Source: Promethearchaeota archaeon (GTDB lineage Archaea; Asgardarchaeota; Lokiarchaeia; Sigyniarchaeales; SOKP01). Taken from it: a stretch of 64,000 nt of DNA. A program made the translations under genes and the position numbers. Every line of letters begins with the position of its first letter. The stretch's first letter is position 1. Positions 48,355 through 59,026 of this stretch are shown here, piece after piece. Under the pieces are notes generated by a model. The model was not told the DNA's origin and searched no databases. It saw only the letters and a program-made list of their open reading frames with translations. The stretch is taken from contig JBHLLT010000009.1 in the NCBI GenBank assembly GCA_048938855.1, positions 32,001 through 96,000 of the forward strand. Reading direction: 5' to 3'.

Positions 48355-49458
48355 TTGAGTAAGAAAATGTCTAATGAAAATGAAATATTTCGTAATTTAC
48401 AGATACATTTAGATCAATTTCCTATAGGATTACCTGCAACTCCGACTGGAATTGAAATAAAAGTTCTAAAACATCTCTTTACAGATGAAGAAGCATTTAT
48501 TGCAACAAAATTAACTTGGGAATATGATCCTCTCGAAAAAATCTATAAGCGTTTAGAAGGAGAAAATTTCTCTCCGGAATCTTTAGAACTTTTACTTGAT
48601 ACTATGATTAAAAAAGGAACTATAAAATACAAGAAAGTGAAGAGTAAAAAGCTGTATGCAAATCTTCCACTTGTGGTCGGAATTTTTGAATATCAGGTAA
48701 ATAAGCTCACAAAGGAGTTTTTTGAGGATTTTGATGAATATTTGATAACTGCATTTGGAGCAGAATTATTAGGTACCAAAATTTCTCAATTTCGAACCAT
48801 TCCAGTAGATAAAAGTGTTACTTCTGATACTGTTATTTCAAATTATGATGAGATAAGGAAAGTGATTCAAAATTCTGAGGAACCAATAACTGTGACAAAT
48901 TGTGTTTGTCGTCAGAGTCAAGACCTGTATGATAAGCATTGTAAACAAACTACTCTTAGAGAGACTTGTTTCTATTTTGGAACCACGGGACAATTATTCC
49001 TAGATCAAGGATGGGCGCGCCAAATTAGTAGAGATGAAGCTTTTGAAATATTATATCAAGCTGAAATAGATGGATTAGTTTTACAATCTGGAAATACCGA
49101 GCAACCAGAATTTATTTGTAGTTGTTGTGGCTGTTGTTGTGCTATTCTCACTAAATTACAGAAGCTTCCAAGGCCCTCGAGAGTAATATCCGCTAATTTT
49201 CATGCCAACATTAATGCTGATTTATGTGCTGGTTGTGGGACGTGTGTCGATCGATGCCAAGTAAATGCAATAAAAATAACTGACAATAAATCAAAAGTTA
49301 TATTAAAAAGATGTATTGGATGTGGTGTGTGTATTCCATCTTGTCCTGAGGGAGCAATTCAACTTATAAGGAATGCAAATGAAACAATCCCACCATCTTC
49401 AAAACAGCATTTATATTCTCAAATTATGGCAAAAAAGCAAGAATTAAGAAAAAAATAG
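48355..49458 (+). CDS. 4Fe-4S dicluster-domain protein
   Basis: NCVCRQ, ICSCCGCCC, CAGCGTCVDRC, CIGCGVCIPSCP; paralogue of 33241..34374. Confidence 0.88.
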   Translation: MSKKMSNENEIFRNLQIHLDQFPIGLPATPTGIEIKVLKHLFTDEEAFIATKLTWEYDPLEKIYKRLEGENFSPESLELLLDTMIKKGTIKYKKVKSKKLYANLPLVVGIFEYQVNKLTKEFFEDFDEYLITAFGAELLGTKISQFRTIPVDKSVTSDTVISNYDEIRKVIQNSEEPITVTNCVCRQSQDLYDKHCKQTTLRETCFYFGTTGQLFLDQGWARQISRDEAFEILYQAEIDGLVLQSGNTEQPEFICSCCGCCCAILTKLQKLPRPSRVISANFHANINADLCAGCGTCVDRCQVNAIKITDNKSKVILKRCIGCGVCIPSCPEGAIQLIRNANETIPPSSKQHLYSQIMAKKQELRKK

Positions 49459-49492
49459 TGAATAGAAAATGATTAATACATCATTTTAAGAA

Positions 49493-50326
49493 TTATTTGG
49501 ATCCATAAGCGAATATAACGGATTTCTGAAAAGTGTATCCTCCTTTATTTTTAAAATTTGACAGTCCTTGTGGTAACATATTGTTTTTAAGATCAATAAG
49601 TTTATTTGAATCGTTATTTAAGGTATATCTCATTATCCAAGCAACATATTTCATGATATCCCACCACTCCTCCATTGATGAATATACAATATTAAAATCC
49701 TTTTTAGAAACTTTAATATTTTTAAAGCCTGCATCTCCCATAATCATATTAAAACCATCGATTGATTCCTTACTATAACTAATAGATAAATTTTCGATTT
49801 GATTTTTTGTTTTTAAATTTTTTAATTTGAGATATTTTTGTAATAAGGCTCTAGCGGTTTCAATATCTTGTTGTAATGCCCAGGTACTAAAAGCGGCTTC
49901 TCCCGCTGGTTTTAGCACTCTGAAAATTTCTTTCATTTTTGCATTATTAATAAGTTTGTTTGTTTCAAAATCATAAGAATCACCAAACCCAATAAATCCG
50001 CATAAAACATTATCAAAGCTATTATCATCAAACTTTAGATCACTAGCTTCCATAATATGAAATTGTACATCTCTCGCATGGATATTTTTAAAATTATCAC
50101 GTGCTTGAGAAATTTTAGTAGCATTCTGATCAATCCCAACTAAATGACAATTCCCTTCTAATTTATCAGTAGCGGCAACTAAACAAGCTCCGCTTCCTGT
50201 CCCTACATCTAGAATCTTTCCATTAAATTTTAGATTTGCAAATTTAACTAATTCTTTGGCAAAATCTGACCAATAATCTAAACTTATATTTGGTAGATTG
50301 TTAGTAGGATTATCCATTGATTTCAC
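49493..50326 (-). CDS. Class I SAM-dependent methyltransferase
   Basis: ILDVGTGSG, FDDNSFD, RVLKPAG. Confidence 0.9.
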   Translation of the reverse strand: MKSMDNPTNNLPNISLDYWSDFAKELVKFANLKFNGKILDVGTGSGACLVAATDKLEGNCHLVGIDQNATKISQARDNFKNIHARDVQFHIMEASDLKFDDNSFDNVLCGFIGFGDSYDFETNKLINNAKMKEIFRVLKPAGEAAFSTWALQQDIETARALLQKYLKLKNLKTKNQIENLSISYSKESIDGFNMIMGDAGFKNIKVSKKDFNIVYSSMEEWWDIMKYVAWIMRYTLNNDSNKLIDLKNNMLPQGLSNFKNKGGYTFQKSVIFAYGSK

Positions 50327-50363
50327 CTTTTCTTATAATTTGTAAAATAAAATCAAAAAAAAG

Positions 50364-51317
50364 TTATTTAAGCCGTTTGGTTAAGATTTCTATCATATCT
50401 TTCGTCATAGAAGCTAGATCATAGGAAGGATTCCAATTCCATTCTTCTCGTGCTAAAGAGTCATCTATTGATTTTGGCCAGGAATTAGCAATTTCTTGCC
50501 TAAAATCAGGGACATATTCGATTTGAAAGTCTGGAATGTGTTTTTTAATCTCAGTAGCTATTTCTCCAGCGGAAAAACTCATGCCAGTAATATTATACAC
50601 TCGGCGTTTTAATTTTGAATCATCTGCTTCTAAAATATCGATCATGCACTTAAGACAATCAGGCATATACATCATTGGTAATACTGTATCTTCTCTCAGA
50701 AAGCATGTGTATTTTTTATTCTTTATGGCTTCATAGAAAATTTCGACAGCATAGTCAGTAGTCCCCCCTCCAGGAAGAGTTTCACTACTTATTATTCCCG
50801 GGAGCCGCATTGATCGAATATCAAGGCTATATTTTTTGTAATAGTATTCTGCTAAGAGTTCTCCCGCAACTTTGGTAATTCCATACATTGTGGTTGGTTG
50901 TAATACTGTTATGTTAGGCGTATTATCTCGCGGAGTTGTAGGGCCAAATGCGGCAATGGAGCTAGGCCAAATTACATTTTTAATGTTATATTTTCTGCTA
51001 GCTTCAAGGACATTGATTAAACCATTTATATTTATATCCCACGCAGTTTGAGGCATTTTTTCCCCTGTGGCAGAGAGAATTGAAGCCATATGAAAAACTG
51101 TATCTATTTCGTATTCATAAAAAACTTTAGATAGACTCTTAGCTTCCAAGGCATCAAGATAAATTACTGGCCCTGAATTTTTTATTACTTCTGGAAGAGG
51201 AGTTTTTCTTCCTGTAGCGATTACATTATCGTTTCCATATTTTTCCCTCATAAAGGGTACTAATTCACTCCCAATTTGTCCCGCTGATCCGATCACAAGG
51301 ATTTTTCTTTTAATCAT
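50364..51317 (-). CDS. tdh: L-threonine 3-dehydrogenase (SDR/NAD-epimerase type)
   Basis: GSAGQIG, LSATGE, PSSIAAFG, YGITK, PGGGTTDY, MMYMPD; divergent from kbl. Confidence 0.9.
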   Translation of the reverse strand: MIKRKILVIGSAGQIGSELVPFMREKYGNDNVIATGRKTPLPEVIKNSGPVIYLDALEAKSLSKVFYEYEIDTVFHMASILSATGEKMPQTAWDININGLINVLEASRKYNIKNVIWPSSIAAFGPTTPRDNTPNITVLQPTTMYGITKVAGELLAEYYYKKYSLDIRSMRLPGIISSETLPGGGTTDYAVEIFYEAIKNKKYTCFLREDTVLPMMYMPDCLKCMIDILEADDSKLKRRVYNITGMSFSAGEIATEIKKHIPDFQIEYVPDFRQEIANSWPKSIDDSLAREEWNWNPSYDLASMTKDMIEILTKRLK

Positions 51318-51487
51318 AAACTATCTCATTTGTGTGTTTAATTATTAGTATAATTCATAATTAACTCCATAAAAAAAGGTTTATTCATATATGTCCCATC
51401 TTAAGACTCCTAAAATAGGATGAGTAAAACTCAAATACTTTTCAAAATACACATAATCACTTATTCGAAAAAAATTATGGTGATATT

Positions 51488-52675
51488 ATGAAAAGAGATC
51501 CGGTTGCTTTTCTTAAGGAAGAAATGACTGAATTAAGAAATAACAACCTTGAATGGATAATAAGATATCTTGAACAAGGGTCTAAACCACATTCTGTAGT
51601 TGATGGAAAAGAAGTTTTAATGCTCAATACAAATAATTATCTAGGTTTAGCTACTCATCCAAGAATAATACAAGCATCTATTGAAGCTACAAAGAAATAT
51701 GGGGCAGGTGCCGGAGCAGTACCTGTTATTGCAGGTTCATTTGATTTAACAAAACAATTTGAGAAAAAATTTGCCGAATTCAAAGAAGTAGAAGCCTCAA
51801 TTCTTTGTCAAACAGGATTTGCAGTAAATTCAGGATTAATCCCTATGCTGGTTGGGAAACCTGATATTGTAGTATCAGATGAATTAAATCATGGTTCTAT
51901 AATTGATGGAGTAAGACTGTCCGGGGCTAAGAGAATTATTTATAAACACCGTGATATAGGGGATTTAGAAAGACAATTGAAAGAAGCTGAAAAAGAAGAA
52001 GCTAGAAGAATCTGTATTATTACTGATGGTGTTTTCAGCATGGATGGAGATATGGCACCTCTCGATAAAATTGCGAAAGTTGCTGAGGAATTCGGAGCTA
52101 TGATTTTCGTTGATGATTGTCATGGAGAAGGAGTACTTGGGGAAGGTAGAGGTATTGTAGCTCACTTTAAATTACAAGGAAAGGTTCATGTTGAAGGTGG
52201 TTCCATGAGTAAAGGTTTTGGAGTATTTGGAGGTACAGTCGCGGGTTCAAAAGATTTAATCGAATTTTGTGCTAATAAAAGTAGAACATATCTTTTAAGT
52301 ACAGCTCATCCTCCTGGGGTCGTAGCTGCAAATAAGGCTTCAATAGAAGTTGTTGAAAGTGAACCTGAACATGTTAAAAAAGTCTGGGACCATACAAATT
52401 ATTTTAAAAAAGAAGTTCAAAGTATGGGTTATAATACTGGAAATTCCCAAACACCAATCATTCCATTGATAATTGGCGATCCTGGCAAGGCCCAAGAGCT
52501 TGCAAGAATTCTTTTTGAGGAAGAGAATATTTATGGTACTCCAATTGTATTTCCCATGGTTGCTAGAGAACTTTCTCGAATTAGAGTTCAAATGAACGCG
52601 CTACTTACTAAAGAAGACCTAAATATGGCTTTAAGTGCTATAGAAAAAGTTGGAAAAAAATTAACCATTATTTAA
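51488..52675 (+). CDS. kbl: Glycine C-acetyltransferase (2-amino-3-ketobutyrate CoA ligase)
   Basis: NNYLGL, SDELNHGSIIDG, TDGVFSMDG, DDCH, PLP Lys in SMSK, RIRVQ; next to tdh. Confidence 0.88.
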   Translation: MKRDPVAFLKEEMTELRNNNLEWIIRYLEQGSKPHSVVDGKEVLMLNTNNYLGLATHPRIIQASIEATKKYGAGAGAVPVIAGSFDLTKQFEKKFAEFKEVEASILCQTGFAVNSGLIPMLVGKPDIVVSDELNHGSIIDGVRLSGAKRIIYKHRDIGDLERQLKEAEKEEARRICIITDGVFSMDGDMAPLDKIAKVAEEFGAMIFVDDCHGEGVLGEGRGIVAHFKLQGKVHVEGGSMSKGFGVFGGTVAGSKDLIEFCANKSRTYLLSTAHPPGVVAANKASIEVVESEPEHVKKVWDHTNYFKKEVQSMGYNTGNSQTPIIPLIIGDPGKAQELARILFEEENIYGTPIVFPMVARELSRIRVQMNALLTKEDLNMALSAIEKVGKKLTII

Positions 52676-52704
52676 TTTATAATATTTTTTATCTTTTTTT
52701 TGGT

Positions 52705-53289
52705 TTATAAGGGTTTAGCTAAAATAGCTTTAACTCGGAGCTGATCAAATAAACTTGTCGGCATTGCTTTTATCAAACAAACTGTATCCACACCACGGCC
52801 AGTACCACCTAAACAAATAACATCCTTTTCGATATCTTTAATTAATCCCGCATCAGCAGCCATACATGCAATCTCCATACATACTTTTACACCTTGGCTG
52901 AAAATAGTTCTAAGATATTTTGCTAGAATCTCTATAGGAAGCCATTGTTTTAATGATATTCGCACACTTCTTTCAAGGCCCGCCATTGCATGAGTTCCAG
53001 AAAAAACTGTTAACCCTTGTTCTCTTAAGTTTTCCATCAAATCTTCTGAAAATTCTTGACGGCGTTCAGGTCCACCAAAATAGTATGAGTGTGTAATAAT
53101 TACAATATTATACTTTTTTGGATTGAAAAATTCTAATGCATTGGAAGCAGTACTTCCAGTAGTACTTGCGATAATAATATCTCGAATTTCGAATTGATCA
53201 GCATATTTTTTTGCAATTTCTAAAGTTTTTCTTGTGTTTTGAATTCCACCTTTCTCAAAATATGTGACTTCAATATTTAAATCAGTCAT
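52705..53289 (-). CDS. Pyruvate kinase C-terminal-like archaeal protein (DUF1867/MTH1675 type)
   Basis: YFEKGG..NT, IASTTG, SQGVKVCMEI..MAADAG, GGTGRGVDT. Confidence 0.85.
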   Translation of the reverse strand: MTDLNIEVTYFEKGGIQNTRKTLEIAKKYADQFEIRDIIIASTTGSTASNALEFFNPKKYNIVIITHSYYFGGPERRQEFSEDLMENLREQGLTVFSGTHAMAGLERSVRISLKQWLPIEILAKYLRTIFSQGVKVCMEIACMAADAGLIKDIEKDVICLGGTGRGVDTVCLIKAMPTSLFDQLRVKAILAKPL

Positions 53290-53484
53290 ATTACATCAAA
53301 TTTCTTAATTTTTAATATTAAAAAGAATATTTCCTTTATTACTTTAAAATTATTATTGCTTATTTAATGAATTTTCTGAGATTTTAGATATTTTAAATAA
53401 GTTTGATATAGTTTTATAAAGATTAAAATTTAAATACATTTAATCAATTTTTTTGTTTTTATAATGAAAAATTAGGGATAGATT

Positions 53485-54891
53485 ATGAGTGAAAGAACTG
53501 TATCATTAAAAGAGAAAATATTGTTCGGATTAAGTGGTTTTCCTGATCAGTTGACGTATCAAGCATTTACGATTTATGTATTTACATTTTATTTCGCAGT
53601 TGTCGGTCTTTCAATAATAGAAATGTGGACTGGATTTGTAATATGGGGTATTTGGAATATGTTTAATGATCCTCTTCTGGGGACTTTAAGTGAAAGAACT
53701 AAACAAAAAGGTAAATTAGGAAAACGGAAATTTTATTTGATAATTTCATTTGTTCCATTATCATTAATAATGATCCTTTTATATACAACGCCATCTAATT
53801 TTAAATTCTGGTATTTCTTGATTATAATTTTTGCCTTTGAATTGTTCTATACAATGTTTTCAGTAAATACAAATGCTATCTTTCCTGAAATGTTTCCAAC
53901 TCAAAAACAAAGGGGGGATGTAAATGTGTTCTTAAAGATTTTTACATTGATTGCAATAATCCTTGCTTCATTACTTCCGACATTAGTTATTAAACCTTTA
54001 GTACCGACTACTTATCCTCCTGATCCATTGGAAGCTGCAGCAATTCAATTTAATTATATCATTTCAGGTATAATTTTAGGTTCAATTGTTCTTATTATGG
54101 CAATATTATTTATTTTCTTTGGAGTAAGGGAAAAAGAGGAACGAGCAATTGATCATGCTAAAAGACCAGGTTTTTTTAAATCTTTGAAAATAACTTTTTC
54201 AAACAGAACATTTTTAAAATTTACTTTTGGAAATATGCTCATTTGGTATTGCCTAAATATCTTATTAACAGGATTCCCATTGTTTTCTGTTTTTGTTCTT
54301 GGGAGAACTCAAGATTCATTCTTGATAGGAGTTACATTGGCAATAGTACTTATATCAGCAGCAATATTTATACCATTACAATCTCGAATTGCATCAAAAT
54401 ATGGAACCCGTAAAGGGTTAATATTCGGATTAGCAATGTGGATTGTTTCTTTGTTTCCATTAGTCTTTTTGTCAAATAATGAAATTAGCAGGATATTATC
54501 AATGGTAATATTCTTTGCAGCAGGATATGGATTGTCTGCAGCATTGTTTTATATTGATTTAATTCATGGTGATGTGATAGATCAAGATGCCCTTAAATTT
54601 GGTGTAAAAAGAGCAGCTAGTTATTATGGTGTAAATGCTTTCATACACAGATTTTCAATAATACTAGTAATTTCTACTATTGCAATTGTTTTTAGTGGGA
54701 CCGGATGGAGCAGTTATACACCAATTCCATTAGATCCATTTTTAATTGAACTTGGATTAAAATCAATAATGTTTCTATTTCCCGCTATAGCACTTGTAGG
54801 CTCAATTCTTTTTTGGAAATATTACGATTTACACGGTGAAAAACTCAGATTAATGAGAGAGGAGTTAGAAAAACATCCTGAATTACAATAA
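53485..54891 (+). CDS. MFS transporter, GPH/MelB-like
   Basis: WNMFNDPLLG..S, GKRK, PEMF...R, DVID.D; 12 TM. Confidence 0.88.
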   Translation: MSERTVSLKEKILFGLSGFPDQLTYQAFTIYVFTFYFAVVGLSIIEMWTGFVIWGIWNMFNDPLLGTLSERTKQKGKLGKRKFYLIISFVPLSLIMILLYTTPSNFKFWYFLIIIFAFELFYTMFSVNTNAIFPEMFPTQKQRGDVNVFLKIFTLIAIILASLLPTLVIKPLVPTTYPPDPLEAAAIQFNYIISGIILGSIVLIMAILFIFFGVREKEERAIDHAKRPGFFKSLKITFSNRTFLKFTFGNMLIWYCLNILLTGFPLFSVFVLGRTQDSFLIGVTLAIVLISAAIFIPLQSRIASKYGTRKGLIFGLAMWIVSLFPLVFLSNNEISRILSMVIFFAAGYGLSAALFYIDLIHGDVIDQDALKFGVKRAASYYGVNAFIHRFSIILVISTIAIVFSGTGWSSYTPIPLDPFLIELGLKSIMFLFPAIALVGSILFWKYYDLHGEKLRLMREELEKHPELQ

Positions 54892-54893
54892 AA

Positions 54894-54906
54894 TTTTTTT
54901 TTTTTT
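54894..54906 (+). terminator. T13 tract terminator
   Basis: Poly-T right after the MFS stop, between convergent genes. Confidence 0.55.
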
Positions 54907-54919
54907 AAATAATTTAAAA

Positions 54920-55849
54920 TTATCTCAATCCTAACATTTTTCTCGCTTCATCAATATTAGCTGGCTCTCTTCCTATTTCTTTAGCCAAACGAACCATTCT
55001 TTCTACTAATTGGGCATTACTTTTAACAAGCTCACCTTTACGATAGTAAACTGTATCTTCTAGCCCAGTTCTAATATTACCACCCATGCACATTGCAATC
55101 ATGGTCGTTCTTAAACAATATCTTCCAATAGTCACCACTTGCCATGTAGAACCTTCAGGAAGTAAATCAACCATATTCAAAAGATTTCTAATAGATGCAG
55201 GAGCACCACCTTTTATTCCTAACACAATGCTAAAATGAAGTTTTTCATTTGGTTTGAATACACCCATATCAATTAGTTCTATGATATTTGCAATATGACT
55301 TGTGTCATAAACTTCAATCTCAATTCCAACTCCTATTCTTTTACATCCCGTAACATATTTTTTATTGAAATTTATTGGGTTATTGAAAATTGAGTTTGTT
55401 TCCATACCTCTCATATTGGTTCTGAACTCAAATGTACCCGCATTTATAGTAAACATATCCGGTTGAGGATTAATATTCAATAAATTTAATCTCTCCTCTA
55501 GAGTCGCCATTTTAAGGGCTTGACCATATCTTCTCCCAGATTTACTTACTTTAACTCCATATTCTACCCTTGCTCCTATTCCATTACCGATTTGGGTAAT
55601 AATAGGGCACTTTTCCTTGATTAAACTTACGGTTTTATTATAAACATTAAGATCTGCTGTTGCTAAGCCATCTTTACCCCTCACATGTATATGACAAACT
55701 GTAGCCCCAACTTCATAACACTCTAAGGCATCTTTAGCTTGTTCTTCAGGTGTAATCGGTAAGTTGGGATTTGACCATTTTCCGTGAGCTCCTCCTGTAA
55801 TAGCAGCAGTTATTATTACTTTTTCTTCAGATAAAAGATTTGGTTTCAT
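54920..55849 (-). CDS. Beta-keto acid cleavage enzyme (BKACE/Kce family)
   Basis: ITAAITG, PITPEE, HIHVR, EIEVYD, RTGLED, SNAQLV. Confidence 0.9.
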   Translation of the reverse strand: MKPNLLSEEKVIITAAITGGAHGKWSNPNLPITPEEQAKDALECYEVGATVCHIHVRGKDGLATADLNVYNKTVSLIKEKCPIITQIGNGIGARVEYGVKVSKSGRRYGQALKMATLEERLNLLNINPQPDMFTINAGTFEFRTNMRGMETNSIFNNPINFNKKYVTGCKRIGVGIEIEVYDTSHIANIIELIDMGVFKPNEKLHFSIVLGIKGGAPASIRNLLNMVDLLPEGSTWQVVTIGRYCLRTTMIAMCMGGNIRTGLEDTVYYRKGELVKSNAQLVERMVRLAKEIGREPANIDEARKMLGLR

Positions 55850-56063
55850 AATTATCCTAGTCCTTTCATATTATTTAGCTTTAAATTATAAAATGATCTT
55901 ATGATAGATTTATAATTATCTTTTTCATATAATCCTCATGTATTAATTTATTACTAAATTGTCGAGGATAAAGAACTTCTATTTCTAAATTTTTTATTAT
56001 AAAATCAATTTTTCCTTTTTTTCTTTGTCGGATCAATGACTAATAGAAAAATTTAGTTACTAT

Positions 56064-56825
56064 TTAATCAATAGGGTTCTTAAGAGAACAGGGAACTCCG
56101 CAAGCGCATTTTCCACATACATCTGATAAACCTATATGAGAATAAATTCGATTATTTGCTAAACAAACTTTATAACATTTATGTCGATCAAATGAATCGA
56201 GATTTAAAATGCCGTAAACACATTTATCAATGCATTTTCTACAAGATTTATTATAAAAGTATAAACAATATTCTTTATCTTGTCTTTTTGTGACCTCAAC
56301 TTTAGCAGAAGTTATTAAGCTTCCTAATCTACCACAACATCCTTTCTCTGTTATTATCATTTTGTGCAATCCAAATTTTCCTAATCCGGCAATATAAGCA
56401 ACATGTTTATGAGACCAATAGCTTATTAGCTTAGTTTCGTCAAAATTGTGAGTTGCTGGGATTTTTGCTGAATCAAATTTTTCTTTTTTTAAAAATTTCG
56501 CTAAAGTTTTATTTAATTCTGTTATTAAATCATTTGTTTCAATATAAGCAATTGCCCATTCTTTTGAAGCGAGTTTACCATTAGAATTGCTTGAAACAAC
56601 TTCTTGATTAAAAGGAATAAAATATGAAATGACTGTTTTAGCATTACTTAGTATTTCATTTGGTAATTTATGGTTTTCATCAACAACATGTTTTAATTGT
56701 ATAAAACCGGGATCATTTGCTTCCGCAAATCCTATTATTGGATCCTCCCATTTAGTCTGAGAAGTAGTAGATTCTTTATAAGTATGGATAAATTTATTAA
56801 CCAGATCCGCAATTATCTCCTTCAT
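56064..56825 (-). CDS. Epoxyqueuosine reductase (QueG)-like 4Fe-4S protein
   Basis: WSHKHVAYIAGLGKFGL, GRLGS, C...CRKCIDKC, CGKCACGVPC; paralogue of 29611..30474. Confidence 0.82.
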   Translation of the reverse strand: MKEIIADLVNKFIHTYKESTTSQTKWEDPIIGFAEANDPGFIQLKHVVDENHKLPNEILSNAKTVISYFIPFNQEVVSSNSNGKLASKEWAIAYIETNDLITELNKTLAKFLKKEKFDSAKIPATHNFDETKLISYWSHKHVAYIAGLGKFGLHKMIITEKGCCGRLGSLITSAKVEVTKRQDKEYCLYFYNKSCRKCIDKCVYGILNLDSFDRHKCYKVCLANNRIYSHIGLSDVCGKCACGVPCSLKNPID

Positions 56826-56852
56826 AATCCTTTAAATAAAAAATGTATTAAT

Positions 56853-57707
56853 TTATTTTTTTTTTATCCAAGTGTAAAAGCCTTTCCCAGATTTCATTCC
56901 TAGATCTCCATGATCAATCATTTCTTTAAGTTTATCAGGAGGTTTATCTCTGGGATCATCACTTTCATAATAATAACTCATTTGAACTGCATATACTGTA
57001 TCTAACCCAATTCCATCCATTAGAACAAATGGACCCATTTTCATACCTGTAAATGTCTTCCATGCTAAATCTATGGTTTCAATATCAGAATAACCTCCTG
57101 CCCATAGTTTTAATGCTTCTCTCCTTGCAGCATGCCACATTCTATTGAAAACAAATCCATGGGATTCTTTTTTTAATATAATTGGATGGCATCCGATACT
57201 TTCTATCCATTTTTTACCACTTTCAAAAGTTTCATCACTAGTTTCTGAGCCTCGCATTATATCAGCCATAGGGCGTGTGGGAATTGGAGGATAAAAGTGA
57301 ATGTTTAGGACTCTATCTTTATTACTCACGGCATCTTCAATCTTAGAGACTGGAATTGAGGAGCTGTTGGTGGCGATTATAACATTTTTTGGGGCATATT
57401 GTTCTATTTGTGAGAAAACTTCTTTTTTCAATTCTATGTTCTCCGGGATTGCCTCGATAACTAAATCCGCTTCTTTAACTGCTAATTCCATTTCACTGTG
57501 AAATTTAACGTTATTGAATAAATTAAGTTTTCTGTTTCGTTTCAGTACTCCATTAATGTATTTTTTTGCTACTTCTAATATTTCTAAGTTAATATCGAAA
57601 ACCCCCACATCATAATTATATAATGCGGCGGTTGCGGCTATCTGCTTTCCTGTAAAACCAGCTCCTATAACTGAGACCTTTTTAATTTCACGCATATAAT
57701 CATTCAC
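56853..57707 (-). CDS. 3-hydroxyacyl-CoA dehydrogenase family protein
   Basis: GAGFTG, EAIPENIELK, ATNSSS, HF, GFVFNR, MGPF..MD.IGLD, LGMKSGKGFY. Confidence 0.92.
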   Translation of the reverse strand: MNDYMREIKKVSVIGAGFTGKQIAATAALYNYDVGVFDINLEILEVAKKYINGVLKRNRKLNLFNNVKFHSEMELAVKEADLVIEAIPENIELKKEVFSQIEQYAPKNVIIATNSSSIPVSKIEDAVSNKDRVLNIHFYPPIPTRPMADIMRGSETSDETFESGKKWIESIGCHPIILKKESHGFVFNRMWHAARREALKLWAGGYSDIETIDLAWKTFTGMKMGPFVLMDGIGLDTVYAVQMSYYYESDDPRDKPPDKLKEMIDHGDLGMKSGKGFYTWIKKK

Positions 57708-57970
57708 ATAATTTTTACATTATTCAAAGCATATTATTGATAAAATAATAAGATTTGTAAATGCTACTTAGTTAATGGCAGATTTCACACATTCAAGAAT
57801 TTAAAAATTTCAAAAGAAATTCTAGATTTCCTCCTGATTCTTTTAGCTTTTTTATGTATGCTGTAAGGATTGAAATAATAATTATTTGACTGGAAAATTT
57901 AAAATAAAACATTTTTAAACTTATAGAGCAATATTTAATTAAGATATATTTAATAAAGAGATGTAGAAAA

Positions 57971-58204
57971 TTGACTATATGTTTTGTTTTAATGAATACG
58001 CAAGCAGGTTACGTAGAAACCGTTGTCCATGGTTTGAGAGAGATAGAAGAAGTTAAAGAAGTTTACCCTGTAACAGGGGGTATTGATATAATTGTTAAGG
58101 TTGAAGGTAAGGATGTAGAAACTATCGCTAAAACTATTCTGGCTAAAATCCATAATATAGATGGAGTCTCTCGTACAGAAACTCATATTGTTGTCCCACT
58201 TTGA
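57971..58204 (+). CDS. Stand-alone Lrp/AsnC ligand-binding (RAM) domain protein
   Basis: FVLMN...EVYPVTGGIDIIVKV...IDGVSRTET; no HTH. Confidence 0.85.
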   Translation: MTICFVLMNTQAGYVETVVHGLREIEEVKEVYPVTGGIDIIVKVEGKDVETIAKTILAKIHNIDGVSRTETHIVVPL

Positions 58205-58430
58205 ATAATAGATAAAGAATTAGGCAAACAGGAATTACTTAAAAACTCTAAAATACAATTTTTTTTACTATTCAACTCTCTTGTATATTATAAGCTATTT
58301 TCTTGATAAAGATTTTAATACTTTTTATACAATATTGTAACTTCTGAATTTTTCTAATATAACCTTTATATCTCAATTTGATATTCATATTTAAGAGTAA
58401 ATTTGAATCCAAATTTAACATAACAAAAAC

Positions 58431-59006
58431 TCAGAAGATTCTAAAAATTATTTCATCTAAAGGCCGCTTTGGAACATGCATCTGGCCATCAGGTGTTTTC
58501 CAATACTTAAAAGAGTCTTTATAGATTTCTATTTTAGATTCTTCATCTGGGTAACCTAAACTAATAACATGCTTTATCTCATAATAATCAGGCACATTGA
58601 GCAATTCCCTTATTTTATTTCTATTTATAGAGCCCATCCAACAACTTCCTATTCCATAATAAACAGCACCTAGTAATAAGTTTTCTACTGCGGCTCCAAC
58701 ATCAAAATCTACATAAGTTGATTTGATATTAGTGTTTAATAAAACCACAATATATGCTGTAGGTTCTCTCCCTTTTTCAGGTGTTCGTTGCTCTGATGGT
58801 AATGATCCTGCCCAATTAACTAATGGAAACAGACTTTCTCTTATCTCAGAATTTTGGACAATAATAAATTCAAGAGCTTGAATGTTTCTAGCCATAGGAG
58901 CAACTCTGGCAAAATCTATTAATTTCTTTAAGATGTTTAAATCAATAGATTCTTGTCTAAATCTACGGATGGTTCGCCTTTTATAAACAATCTCCTCAAA
59001 ATCCAT
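58431..59006 (-). CDS. Nitroreductase-family protein
   Basis: RRTIRRF, AP.A.N.Q, DVGAAVENL, GIGSCW, SLGYP. Confidence 0.92.
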   Translation of the reverse strand: MDFEEIVYKRRTIRRFRQESIDLNILKKLIDFARVAPMARNIQALEFIIVQNSEIRESLFPLVNWAGSLPSEQRTPEKGREPTAYIVVLLNTNIKSTYVDFDVGAAVENLLLGAVYYGIGSCWMGSINRNKIRELLNVPDYYEIKHVISLGYPDEESKIEIYKDSFKYWKTPDGQMHVPKRPLDEIIFRIF

Positions 59007-59026
59007 ATTTAAAATCCAAAAATTAA

